From: the human T2T-CHM13v2.0 reference genome, Homo sapiens
Assembly (NCBI RefSeq): GCF_009914755.1
Contig: NC_060936.1
Strand: one strand, 5' to 3'
Length of the DNA stretch: 64,000 nt
Of the stretch, positions 1 through 12,517 are shown piece by piece. Under the pieces are notes generated by a model. That model was not told the DNA's origin. It ran no database searches and was given only the letters and a program-made list of their open reading frames with translations. The translations under genes were made by a program, and so were the position numbers. Within the stretch, counting starts at the first letter, position 1; every line of letters starts with the position of its first letter.

Positions 1-105
1 ATTCCCAGGGAATGGAATCTGATTGGCTGAGCTTGGATGAGGTGTTCATCCCTGGTCCAGTCAGCAGCAGAAATAGTCCCATTGTACAAACATGGCTGCT
101 GTGGT
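1..105 (-). mobile_element. Old MaLR (MLT1-type) LTR fragment
   Basis: tctgattggctgagcttggatgaggtg...acaaacatggctgc resembles MLT1J/K/L LTR sequence; cut by window edge. Confidence 0.45.
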
Positions 106-627
106 GGTTAAGGGTATGGCGATTGTAAGACTCCATTTAAATACTGATTATGCATGCATGTGCATGGGCAAGGCACACACACATATGTACACACACACAC
201 ATACACACATACACATAATGAGGCTTCTCATCTGCTATTCTAAATGCTCGGTGTGGGATTTCCACCTTGACTTTATAATCAGAAAAGTCTTTGTTTTTAA
301 TTAAAGAGATAATTGGACTTTTTTTTTTTTTAGTGAAATAGAGAACAGGGAGGTATCTCCCCCCTGAAAACACAGTGTTCTTTGGTAACAAATTTCTGCT
401 TGTTATGACTATTCATGATGCCGACCAATGGTGCCAATTACAGCAGTCAATCTTAGATTTTTCAACAGCTTGACATTTATCTAGTGGTCCACTTTGCCTC
501 TCAGTTTTGTTGATAGCAATTGGAGGAAGGATTACGGTTCTTATTTGGAAAGGCCAATAAGCAAAGGCCTGGGAGCCATTTGAATCCTCCTCTCTCCTTT
601 CTAGTTCTGACTCAATTCTGACTCATG

Positions 628-981
628 TGATATGGTTTGGCTGTGTCCCCACCCAAATCTCACCTTGAATAGTAAATCCCCACATGTCAAGGGCAGGGCT
701 AGGTGGAGATAATTGAATCATGGGGGCAGTTTCCCCCATCCTGTTCTCTTGGTAGTGAATAAATCTCACAAGATCTCAAGGTTTTATAAATGGAAGTTCC
801 CCTGCACAAGCGCTCTTGCCTGCTGCCATGTATGATGTGACTTTGCTCCTCATTCGCCTTCCCCTATGATTGTGAGGGCTCCCCAGCCTTGTGGAACTGG
901 GAGTCAACTAAACCTCTTTCCGTTATAAATTACCCAGTCTCGGGTATGTCTTTATTAGCAGCATCAAGACAGACTAATACA
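628..981 (+). mobile_element. THE1 (ERVL-MaLR) solo LTR, THE1C/D-like
   Basis: Starts TGATATGGTTTGGCTGTGTCCCCACCCAAATCTC and ends GACTAATACA; perfect 5-bp TSD TCATG (623-627 and 982-986). Confidence 0.93.
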
Positions 982-1029
982 TCATGCAAATAAGTTAGGG
1001 AAACAAAATGGGGATTACAAAATGGACCA

Positions 1030-2200
1030 GGTTTTGTCTTAAAAGAGCTTACAGCTTTAGTGGAGAGATAGACTAAATAATCACACCAATCAATCTGTGA
1101 TTATAAATGGAGATAATGCTGTGAAGGAAGGAAACACATCCATGAAAATGCACAGTAACGAAACGAAAGTAGGTTGGGGAGTTAGGAAGGAAGTGACATC
1201 TGAGTTGATATATAAAGGTAGAAAATTAACCAGGTGAGGGAGGGACCTAGGGTGTTAGGAGACAGCAGCCTATGTGAAAGTCCTATGGTAGGACATTTGA
1301 GGTCCCAATATCTCTTGCCTAAGGGCCTCCTATTCCTCATTTGGAAAATCTCATTGCTTCCAAATATGGTGGGACATCTGAGAAACCATGAGGAGGCCAG
1401 TGTGGCAGGTAGACAGAGAGTGATCTGGTGGGTGATTGGAGAAAGAGGGGAGGCAGGGCACACCCTGTATGCATGGCCTTCTGAGCCATGATGAATATAT
1501 TGATTTTTATCTGAAGGACAATGGGAAGCCATTTAATGGGCTTTAAGTGGGGACCACATGATTATATCTGTGTTTTGAAAAGGTTCTCTGCCTAAAGATT
1601 AGATTAGAAACTAGAGTGACTATAGCAAAGTCAGAAAGGCAGTACTTGGCAGTTGTCCAGGCAAGAGATGGAAGTGGGTTAGATTAGTGTGGCTTAGATT
1701 GAGACAGTGATAAGAAGATGGATTTAACATATTCAAAAGCTATTTAACAGAGAAAATAGTCAGGGCCCAGCGATAGGCTAGAAAAGGAGAGAGAGAAAAG
1801 AGAAAGAGGAAGGGATGGGAAGAAAGGGAGAGGGCAATGGGGACAGGGAAGTGGCAAGAAGAGGAGCAGTGGGGAGGGGGAAAGAGGGGAAACCCTGAAT
1901 GATGCCAAGTGACTTAGGGAACTACGTGGATGGCGCTGCTGTTCACGAAGACAGGGTGTGTTGGAATAGAAGAAGATCATGAGTTTGACCTTGGACATGC
2001 TGAGGATGGAATACATTTTAGACTACAAATATGATGCATTATATTCAACAAAAGATTTTGAATACAAAGTATTTTATATGAGTCTGTAGCTGAGAAGAGA
2101 AATCTCACTTGAAGATAGATATTTGGAAGTTGTTTGTCAATAAGTGGCAGTTTAATTTTGGGCATGGATAAAACAACCTAGGGAGAGAATAGAGTAAGCC
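1030..2200 (-). mobile_element. L2 LINE fragments
   Basis: Purine-rich antisense L2 motifs (gagcttacag..tagtggag, gaagtgacatctgag, gaggccagtgtggc, caatgggaagccattt, gtccaggcaagagatg). Confidence 0.75.
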
Positions 2201-2539
2201 TTGGTGTTCCTCACTAAAACTCAGTGAAAAGGCAAAGTCTAATGTGCCTCCTGTTTTTCAACACTCTCGATAAATACAGCAAAATAGCCTCTCTTCTTTC
2301 TCCTTGGGGCAGAAAATAGGGCATAGTGAAACAAAGTGAATTTTAAGCAACGAGAATCATTCTATATATGAAGTGAGGGCAGCAGTTCCTACCTCCTAGG
2401 ATAGGATCATATGGCTGGCTTTTATTGGACTGCATAAGTGGCTTAATGACCAGGGGCAAGTGACTTCATTAGAAGCCCCTCCTGATCGTGGCAAAAGCAT
2501 GACTGCATCACTGCAGAATGAAGACACGGTCCCCATCTC

Positions 2540-2679
2540 TCTTGCCTCCTATAGGTCCTCCTATTCCATAGGTCCTATTCCATAGGTCTTGCCTTCTATA
2601 GGTTCTTCTATTCCATAGGTCTTGCCTCCTATAGGTTCTTCTATTCCGTAGGTCTTGCCTCCTATAGGTCCTCCTATTC
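2540..2679. repeat. 33-bp minisatellite, about 4 copies
   Basis: Unit tcttgcctcctataggttcttctattccatagg; shows as the 11-aa repeat IGGKTYGIEEP in the ORF track. Confidence 0.9.
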
Positions 2680-3511
2680 TACATTTGGAAAAGGCTATTG
2701 CGTCTCTTAGCAGGAGCAACACATGAATCACTGCATCAGGGTATAGAAACCTCATTTCAGGATTTCTAGCTTGGCCTGAGAGCAAAGTCTCTAGTCACTT
2801 AGAGAGCGGGGGTGGCTGCATAGGCAGCAATAATGGAAGAACAATAGTAACGGGCATCAGGAAAAACAGCTTCTGGAATATCAACTAGGCAGCCCTCTGG
2901 CCTTGGGAGAATGCATATGAATTGATACCTGACACCTAGCCTGATATTAGGACATATTAGTGTTAAAAGACCAAAGAGGGACTATTTTTTTTTCCTGTAC
3001 ATTTGGGCAGTTAAAGTCTCCCTGTTGAGGTGCTCCCAAGTATCAGTAAGAGGATGGCATTACATGCCCCCAACCTAGTGGAAACTGAAGATACTGCTCA
3101 CAGACATTTAGATAATGTGCAAGATTTCCTGCGATTAATTAACAGCAATGAGCCCTAGAGGATCATGTTGGTGGAAAGTGGGAGAAGATGTTGCTCTTGG
3201 TCTGCAGAGATGTGGGAAGAAGGACCACAAGCCATTCTGGGCTAGGGAAGTAGCAGTGGAACATTATTCTAAGAGTAAAGAAAGCTGGGCTTTGCTGTTT
3301 GTTCATCCCCTAATCTTTGAAGTCCTGGGAGATCTTGAGCAAAGAATTCTACCTTTGTGAGAGCTTCCAAAGACTTTTCAGAAAATGGGAGCGATGACAT
3401 GAGGCCCCCATATCAGAATAATTTTTTCCGAAAGGGATTAATTTTTTTCTCTGGATGACTGCTTCTCATTTTATAAAGACTTCATGCCTTTTCCTCACCA
3501 TCTGGTTTGTA

Positions 3512-3730
3512 CTAGTTACCATTTACTGAGCACCTACTATGCACCAGGCATTGTCCCAGGCACTTTACATATGCTTCCTCACTAAATCCTATGTGGTAGA
3601 AGTGATGATTGTATGTCTCCATTTAAAGAGGCAGAATCCAAACCTTAGAGAGGTTAAACAAGTGACCCAAGGTCACGTAGCCAGGAAGGGGCAAGGCTGC
3701 CGTACCCACACAGGTCTGCTGAGGGCAAAG
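3512..3730 (-). mobile_element. MIR SINE
   Basis: ttactgagcacctactatgcaccaggca...agagaggttaaacaagtgacccaaggtcac is the reverse MIR core. Confidence 0.8.
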
Positions 3731-3934
3731 CAGGTGTGCTTTCTCTTTTGCTAGACAGACGAGAATAACTGACAGTTCCTTTTATTCTCTAACTCTCTCA
3801 GGATGAAGTACAAAACTCTTCAGAAAAAGCTTAGCATTGCAAAACCAAGCATCCTGGAATGAAACTGTAATGAAACTGTAAAAAATACATTTCAAAAGAA
3901 CATAACAAAGTTTTTTTTAATGTCTTTCCATTGT

Positions 3935-4680
3935 TTTTCTTTTTTCCTTATTATAAAAGCAATTCATGTTCACTATGAAAATTTGGAAAATACAGAAAAA
4001 TATAAAGAAGAAAATAAAAATCACTCTAATCTTATTACACAAAGAAAATTGCTGTTAACATTTATTTTATCTCTCAACAGTCTTTTTTGTATGCCTAAAT
4101 GTACATACATATATATTTTTAACATAATTGGGATTGTCTTGCCAAATTGCCTTCCAGAAAGGATGAACTAATTTACATTCCCACCAGCAGTGTTGGAACA
4201 TATATCCCTCACCCTGGCCAGTAGAGAGGTTTTTTCTTTTTTAATTTTAATTTTAATTTTTTTATTTTTTGTCTTTGCAAGTGTAATATGTTTAAAAGGC
4301 AGTCTTATTGTTTCCATTTGCATTTTTTGATACTGAAAGCCTGACTTAATACAAATTTTCAAAGCTTATTAGACATGTATATTTATTCTACTGAGAATTA
4401 CATCTTTTGTTAATCTTTTATTGGAGTTTTAGTTTTCTTTTATATGTCATTGATTTGTAAGAGCTCTTTACATATGACAGAGGTTTTTATTTGTCTATGC
4501 TAGATGGGGAAACGAACACTTTCTCCTTCATCCTTTATCTTTATTAAAATTTATTCTTAAGAAGTTGGTGTTTGGCTTTCTATTTAGCTTATGATTTTTG
4601 GAGGAGCAAAAAATTTTAAGTTTTTAAAACAATCTTGATCGAATAGATAGATATTTTCTTTATGCTAAAAGTTAAAAATG
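3935..4680 (-). mobile_element. Old L1M (L1ME-type) fragments
   Basis: ccaaattgccttccagaaaggatgaactaatttacattcccaccagcagtg and AT-rich L1 3'-region motifs. Confidence 0.65.
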
Positions 4681-4689
4681 TGGATTTAA

Positions 4690-4960
4690 GGCCAGGTGCG
4701 GTGGCTCATGCCTGTAATCCCAGCACTTTGGGAGGTTGAGGTGGGCAGATCATGAGGTCAGGAGTTTGAGACCAGCCTGGCCAACATAGTGAAACTCTGT
4801 CTGTACTAAAAATACAAAAAAGTTAGCTGGGTGTGGTGGCGGGTGCCTGTAATCCCAGCTACTTGGGAGGCAGAGGTTGCAGTGAGCTGAGATCGTGCAC
4901 TGCACTCCAGCCCAGGCAACAGTGTGAGACTCTGTCTCAAAAAAAAAAAAAAAAAAAAAA
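4690..4960 (+). mobile_element. AluS with internal deletion in right arm
   Basis: ggccaggtgcggtggctcatgcc start, poly-A tail, TSD gtggatttaa (4680-4689 and 4961-4970). Confidence 0.95.
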
Positions 4961-5443
4961 GTGGATTTAAGACTTTATCACTCTAGATTATTCATTAACT
5001 AGTTGATGCCTCCTAGTTTCCTTAGTTTCCAGGGAAGGTAGGTATACTCTATAGAAAGGGAGAAGGGATGGGCTCTGATCTAAGTCATATGAAAAAGAAA
5101 AAGGAAATGCAGAGGAAAGAGAAAGCAGTGGAGAAGCCTACTTTTATTGTGTCCATTTTTACTCATGAAGAAACTGAGGCCTAGAGAAGTAGAGCCAGTT
5201 GCCCAAGGTCACTCAGCAATCTGTAGACTGAGTCACATGTTCAGATTTTTAAGGAGTGGGGAGAAACATTCACTGGGCCTTCTGCCATCCATCCATCCAT
5301 CCATCCTAGTGAGTGCTTCATGGGGGTTCTTCCTTTGGGGTCTTGTCTGCCTTTTGAACAACTGAGAATGATAGAGAAGTAAATGACATCTTTCTCATTC
5401 TCCAGGTATGGTGGAAGTTCATGAAAACAGTTAAAATCAATTA

Positions 5444-5875
5444 CAATTGACCTTTGAAGAACATGGAGGTTGGAGGCACTTGATTTGACCCCCTGCTCAA
5501 TCAAAAATCTGCATATCTTTTGGTTCCCCCAAAAGTTAACTACTAATAACCTACTGTTGACGGGAAGCCTTACCAATAATATAAAAGTCAATTAACACAT
5601 ATCTTGTATGTTATATGTATTTTATACTTATAATAAAGTTAGCTAAAGAAAATATTTAAGAAAATCATAAGAAATAGAAAATATATTTACTATTCACTAA
5701 GTGGGAGTGGATCATCATAAAGGTCTTCATTCTCATTGTCTTCATGTTGATAAAGCAGAGGAGGAGAAGAAAGAGGAGGGGTGAGTCTTGCTGTCTCAGA
5801 GGTGGCAGAGGCAGAAGAAAATCCAAGTATAAATGGACTTGTGCAGTCTACAACCAGTTGTTAGTGGGTCAACTA
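5444..5875. mobile_element. Tigger2a (TcMar-Tigger) non-autonomous DNA transposon
   Basis: Inverted ends CAATTGACC...GGGTCAACTA flanked by TA; about 430 bp with the internal aacttaactactaat/gaggaggagaagaaagagg motifs of Tigger2a. Confidence 0.85.
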
Positions 5876-6165
5876 TACATTCAAGAGTCAAAAGTAATTT
5901 TTGGTTAGTTGTATCTAGGATTGCCCAAGCCACAATTGCTTTCTGGTGACAAAAGTAGTTGGAGGTTAATCATTGACTAGGCTGTTACTTTTATTAAGGA
6001 TGTGGGTCTACAGTCCTGTTGGCAGAGAGCAGGTAGATTTCCTAAGGTCTTGTAGTGTGTTAAGCACAATATCCTGTCAACTGGGGGCCAAATTGGAGTT
6101 GTTTGGATGCAGGTACTCTAATAAGACCCTATTCAATTTTCACAACAGCTCTAAAAAGCAGGCAC

Positions 6166-6716
6166 TGTTACAGGAAAGGGGTCCTGATCCAGACCCCAAG
6201 AGAGGGTTCTTGGATCTCGCGCAAGAAAGAATTCAGAGCGAGTCCATAGAGTAAAGTGAAAGCAAGTTTATTAAGAAAGTAAAGGAACAAAAGAATGGAT
6301 ACTGCATAGATAGCAGCCCCAAGGGCTGCTAGTTGCTCATTTTTATGGCTATTTCTTGATTATATGCTAAACAAGGGGTGGATTATTCATGCATCACCTT
6401 TTTAGACCACATAGGGTAAGTTCCTGATGTTGCCATGGCATTTGTAAACTGTCATGGCGCTGATGGGAATGTAGCAATGAGGACGACCAGAGGTCACGCT
6501 CGTGGCCATCTTGGTTTTGGTGGGTTTTAGGCAGCTTCTTTACTGCAAACTGTTTTATCAGCAAGGTCTTTATAACCTGTATTTTGTGCAGACCTCCCAT
6601 CCCATCCTGTGACTTAGAATGCCTAACCATCTGGGAATGCAGCCCAGTAGGTTTCAGCCTTATTTTACTCAGCTTCTGTTCAGGATGGAGTTTCTCTGGT
6701 TCACACGCCTCTGACA
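6166..6716 (-). mobile_element. MER41 (ERV1) solo LTR, MER41A-like, inserted in a MIR
   Basis: Minus strand begins TGTCAGAGGCGTGTGAACCAGAG and ends CCTGTAACA; 551 bp; 4-bp TSD gcac/gtac; MIR sequence resumes on both sides. Confidence 0.9.
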
Positions 6717-8389
6717 GTACCAGCTTTATTCCCATTTTACAGATAAAGAAATTGAGGCACAGAGTTTAAGCCACAAAGCTCAAGATCACTCATGCTGATA
6801 AATGGAGAAGTGGTAATGCTGGTGAAGGATACAATAATCTGCCTACCTGTACCCCAGCCCAACTAGCAGCAGGTCCCCCAGTTGTATATCTGTTACCACC
6901 TCCTCTCCTCCTCATCACCTTCCTACCCCAACCTCCACCTGGAAGAACTGCCTTATTAAATTTCTTCCTCATCAGAGGGAGACAGTGTTTCTCTCCAGAG
7001 CGGCTCTTGGCGTGTAATTACTAATCAGATGTAGGCAATCAAGAAACATTTCCATCCCCACATTTTCCTTCTCTCCTCCCCTCAAAGGACACCTTTCTGG
7101 GGGAAGGTGACTCCTTCAGGAGTTCAGATTAGCATCAACAGCGGGGTGGGGAGGCGGAGAGAGGATGAAGAAAGGCATCAAACTCCTTTGCAAATTGCAA
7201 ATGACAAGGCATCTTTTGCCGCTGGTTTGCTCTCTGCTATTTTAAGGGGCCTCATTTAGCATAATATTTGCATCATTTGTGTCTTACCGGATAATTAGGA
7301 GTAGAGACAAATTCTTCTTGTTCCCAGACTAAGGGCACTGGGGTGGAGAAGAAAGGAATCTCTGGAGATGTCTCTCAGGCTGGAAAGCTGTTAAAAGTTA
7401 CTCCCTCCAGCCCCAATCTCTTGCTAAAATTCCCAGAACATCAGACATTCTGAACTGGGGTCATTGCTCATTGTTTGGCTTCAGGGACCCCTCTAAAACT
7501 CTAAGCAGAATTCTGTGTTTATAAAATTGCTTGCAAATTTTTTTTCCCTTGGAGAGAAGGTCCATAGCTTTCATCAGCCTCAGAAGTCTGCAACTCTTAA
7601 ATTAAATGACGTACAATGGGCATCTGTTTTGCTTCACCAACATCCATTTGCCCTTTTTCAGGTCCCAGCATCTTCATTTTCCTTTGGGGAAACCAACCCT
7701 CTTCCATCCTCGTTCCATTTTAGGGTTGTCCTACAGGACTTTCTGTGATGATGGAAATGTGCTCTAGAATCCACTTCTCCACGGAGGGCCAGAGAGCTGC
7801 CCGTGCTTGATGCAGCAGCCATTAGGGTCCGTGGTAGTGGTCTATATTTTAGCCTGGTTTCTCCCGAAGCCTGACAAATTCTTCCTTCCCTCTCATTTAC
7901 TTGTGTTTCCAGTGGCTACTGCAGTAATGAGTCAATGGCTGAATATATTTAAATGCAAAATACCATTACCCTTCATTAAAAGGCTTGTCATTGCTGGCCT
8001 CTATAGAAGAAAGTGATTATGCTATTAAAGGCCCCTTGACACATGGCCCGGGAATGACCAGGCCTTATTCCCAGGATTTCTGCCACTCTTCCTAGGACAA
8101 TCTTCTTCTGACTCAGCTGTTTATGCTGATGAGGGCAAGTCAAATCCCTGTGAAGCCAAATTTGTAGTTGGGGGAGGGTGCCAAGGGCTTAGGACAATGC
8201 TGCCTTTTTTGCAACATCCTCCCAGGTGTCTGAGCAGAGCCCTATTCCCTGCTAGAGATCCACTTCCCATCTGTCTGACCACCGGGTCCTCAAGCCTGAC
8301 TTGAAATCCTTCTTCTCTTTCAATGTCCTTTAGAAAACAGTCCACCATTCAACTTTTAAAATCTAATCATTGCCTAGGACAGGATTTGA

Positions 8390-9150
8390 CAGTAGTTAAT
8401 AGCAGCATAGGCTGTGGAGCTGGGCTTAACAATGTTCATAATTCTGCCACTTATTCACTGTGTGACCTTGAATAAGGGCAGACAATTTTCTTTAAGACTG
8501 TTCTCTTAATTTCAAATAGAGATAAATACTGTGGCAGACATTGTTGGTCCCTACTCGATAGCCATGCCACATTTCTTCCTCTCTTGCCTGTCTCTCACTA
8601 TAGAGGCTGAAAAAGCCAGATACATTCCCAGCCTTTCATGTAGCCAAGGGTAACCATGTGACTAAGTCTTGGCCAATGAAATAAAAGGGAAGTTGACTTA
8701 GAGGATTCTGGAATAATTTTTCTCCAATAAAAAACAGAGCAGTGCTCAAGAAGAGATCTTTTGCTCCCTTTCCTCCTTTCTGCTTTGAATGCTGTTGTGT
8801 GAGGTTGTGATGTCCGGAGCCATAGTAGCCATCTTGTAACCATGAGGCAACACACTTGTGAATCTACAACTAGCAATCTGAGGATGATGGAACAGCAGGT
8901 TGTAAGAACCTGGATCTTTGATGATGTCATTGAGATGCTGAACCAATAGTGGGGCATTCTATTTCTTTGTTCATGATGTCTTTATTGCTTAAGCCATTGG
9001 CAGTCATGTTTCCTGTTATGGGCAGAGAAATATTATTTCTAAATGATATATCAATCCTAGGCTCACAGATTGTTGTGAGAAATAAATAACATAATGTATG
9101 AAGAATTTCCCACATAGTCCCAGAAGCATGATAGCATACAATAAAGAGCA
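8390..9150 (+). mobile_element. MIR split by an MLT1 LTR
   Basis: MIR 5' part at 8390-8529 (ctgccacttattcactgtgtgaccttg) and 3' part at about 9050-9150 (gattgttgtgagaaataaa). Confidence 0.7.
8530..9049 (+). mobile_element. MLT1 (MLT1G/H-like) MaLR LTR
   Basis: tgtggcagac start, ccatgtgactaagtcttggccaatga, agccatcttgtaaccatgagg, gcttaagcca motifs. Confidence 0.75.
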
Positions 9151-9803
9151 GCATTTATTATTGGTAGGAATAGCTGTACCGAGATTCACAGGTGAGATTT
9201 GAGGAAGCATTGGGAAATTTGTAATGTGTAAAATTTGACCCTCTTCTGCCCTCCCCTCTTACCTGGATAGATACTGGAATCTGAAAATGTTAGCATCAGA
9301 AGGGAATCTTTGATCTTAGATTAGCTTAACCCTTGTCTTTCTATAGACAAGGAAACTGGCCCTCAGAGTAGGAAAGAGACTATCTGAAAGTCACATAACT
9401 TCATGACACATGGTGGCAAAACCAGGGCTGAAGATTAACATCTCTTGGATTTACAGGCGAAAATTCTTCCTCCCGCACTCAGTTGCCTCCATTCCCATTC
9501 CAACAAGCTCAAACATTGTTGGCAGGGAGAGGTTAATGAGACATCATATGGGGAATCATTTTGAAAGTTTTGGGAAGCGCTTCACACAAGGAGGGTTATA
9601 ATTCTTAGTGCATGCGGTTTAGCATGTTGCTCCTCTGTCCAATGGGCAGGGGATGTCCTGGAAGGGGAAGGGTCTTAGCTGGAGGCTCTGTGCCTAGCTG
9701 GGTGGTACATCTATATTCACTGACTCATTAATCCATTCACCGATTGATTCATTTATTCAAGAACTATTTACAACATGCCTACTCTAAGCTAAACACTGGG
9801 TAG

Positions 9804-10509
<706 letters not shown>

Positions 10510-10899
10510 CTACTCCCCCCACCACCCCCCAGAAAAGCCCTATTGTTTGTCAGTTTTAGTTATCACATGTAAGGATGGATTTATAATCCACTTGTCATAG
10601 TGGATTCTGTTCTGTTTGGATTCTCCAATAATGTGCCATAAAACCTGATGCTATTCCCTATTTCTGGGATTACTTTTTTGGGACCTGTGTTGAGAAGGTC
10701 TTAGTTACTTAGTGAAGGTTTTGGGAATGGTCAAACTGATTTACTGGCCTCTTCCCTTGCAGGGTGAGGGATTATAGTGAGATGGGGCCTGGAGCCTGGA
10801 AGATTTCGCAGAGGGAGTGAAAGGACCTGACTATGGAGATGGGTAGCTTTGGGTTGAAGGCAGATGGCAGTGGGTAGAGGGTGAATAGAAGTAGAAGAA

Positions 10900-11068
10900 C
10901 CTAACCTTTCAGGTCAGAACGGCTTGTATTTGAATATTTCCCTGCTAATTCCCAGCTGGGTGACCTTGGATAAGTTGCTCACCCTCTCTGTGCCTCAAGG
11001 GGCTACAAAATGTTGTAGAGATAAAATGAGATGCTATATTTAGAGCTCTTTGCATAGTGGTTGGCACA
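10900..11068 (+). mobile_element. MIR SINE
   Basis: cagctgggtgaccttggataagttgctcaccctctctgtgcctca. Confidence 0.75.
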
Positions 11069-11069
11069 C

Positions 11070-11465
11070 ACTATCCCAAGATAAAGATTTGGGTGCAAGT
11101 AGTGCATTTGGAAGGTGATGCCAAGAAGTACCCATGGAGGTGAGTGAAGTTACAAAGGAAAGGGAAAAAAGTCGATACTGGGTTATTATTGGATAAACTA
11201 ACACTAGGGGCAACTGAAGCTCAATCCCATTGCAGACTTCTGGGAAATGTCGTAGAACATCTCTCAGAGTTACCTCACTTATGAGGTACAGAAGCTGGGC
11301 TATTTATCCTCCAACTCCCACCTACTATGGGGTAAGTAAGTCCTGCCACTAAGGCATGAACTCCCAGAACTTCCAGCATGTCCTGAGTGAGCAGGGAGGA
11401 AGCCCTCAGGTAGAGACCTGCAACGCAACTCTTCACTCTTGGAACAGTGAGCACCAAGGATATAT
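11070..11465 (-). mobile_element. LTR33-like (ERVL) LTR
   Basis: gggtgcaagtagtgcatttggaaggtgatgcc...ggcaactgaagctcaatccc...gctgggctatttatcctccaactccc. Confidence 0.7.
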
Positions 11466-12189
11466 GGATAGACTGATCTGAGTTCAAAGTCATGTTCTAC
11501 CACTTACCACTAGCTATGTCTTCTTGAGCAAATCATCTAATCTCCTGTCTACTACAAGTGTAGTACATGGAGGCATGGGTGTTGCCAGGGAGCTGTTAGA
11601 AATGCAGGTTTTGGGGCCCCATTCCAGATGTATTAGTTATCTATGGCTGCAAAACAAGTTATCCCAAACCTTAGCAGCTTAATCAACACACAGTTACTAT
11701 CTTGGCCACAGTGTGTTCCTTTCATTGACATGCAGCGGGGCTGCTGCTTTGTGGTTAAGAACAAGGGAGATTTAAGGCCAGAGGCCTTGGGGAAGAAGGA
11801 GAAAGAAATAAAGTTAGCTGAGTGTCTGTCCCTCTTTTTACCAACTCTCCACACCTAGCCTAATGGCCTAATTCTGAGGTCCAATAAAGTCAGCAGCTGT
11901 GATGAAAAGTCAAAGCTGTCTGGTTCAAAAAATATGTCAGACGCCGGACCCAAGCAAGGCTTCTTGGGGATAAAGTGAGAGCTTGAGTTAAGGAAAATTT
12001 CATCTCATCATCTCTCTGCTTGAGGCCTCAGTGCTGAAGGTTCATGCTGGCCTTTAGAGGATACGGCTGGGGATGGGGGGCGAAAGTCAAAGAGAGAGCA
12101 CTGAGCGACTGTAAGACCCAGCTTTCTGCTCTCTACCCTCCTCCAGCCAGTGGCTCAGGACCTGTGCCAGCACATGGGGGTGTCATGGA

Positions 12190-12400
12190 GTAACTGCTCA
12201 CTACGCTTATGGTGCTATTTTAAACTCCTTAGGTGTATTGAGTAATTTAATTTTTACAACAACCCCATGAAGTAGGTATCTGTTATTATCCACATAATAC
12301 ATATGAGGAAACCAAAGTTCAGAATTTTTAAGTAACTTGCCTTGCCCAAGGTCACACAGCCAGGAAGTCACACAGCCAGGAAGTTAATATGACCTCAGTC
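12190..12400 (-). mobile_element. MIR SINE
   Basis: acaacaaccccatgaagtagg...gaggaaacc...cttgcccaaggtcacacagc. Confidence 0.75.
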
Positions 12401-12517
12401 AGGTATACTCACAGGATGCCAGTTCTGACACATCAGGTTGCACACCTTTAGGCCATCAAGAAGTTGATGATTGCACTTCAGGGAATATCTTAGGTTGGTT
12501 TTCATGTCTTTTCCACA

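Noticed and set aside
2540-2679. Regularly spaced repeats resembling a CRISPR array
   Set aside because: Head-to-tail tandem units with no unique spacers, no cas genes, and primate DNA
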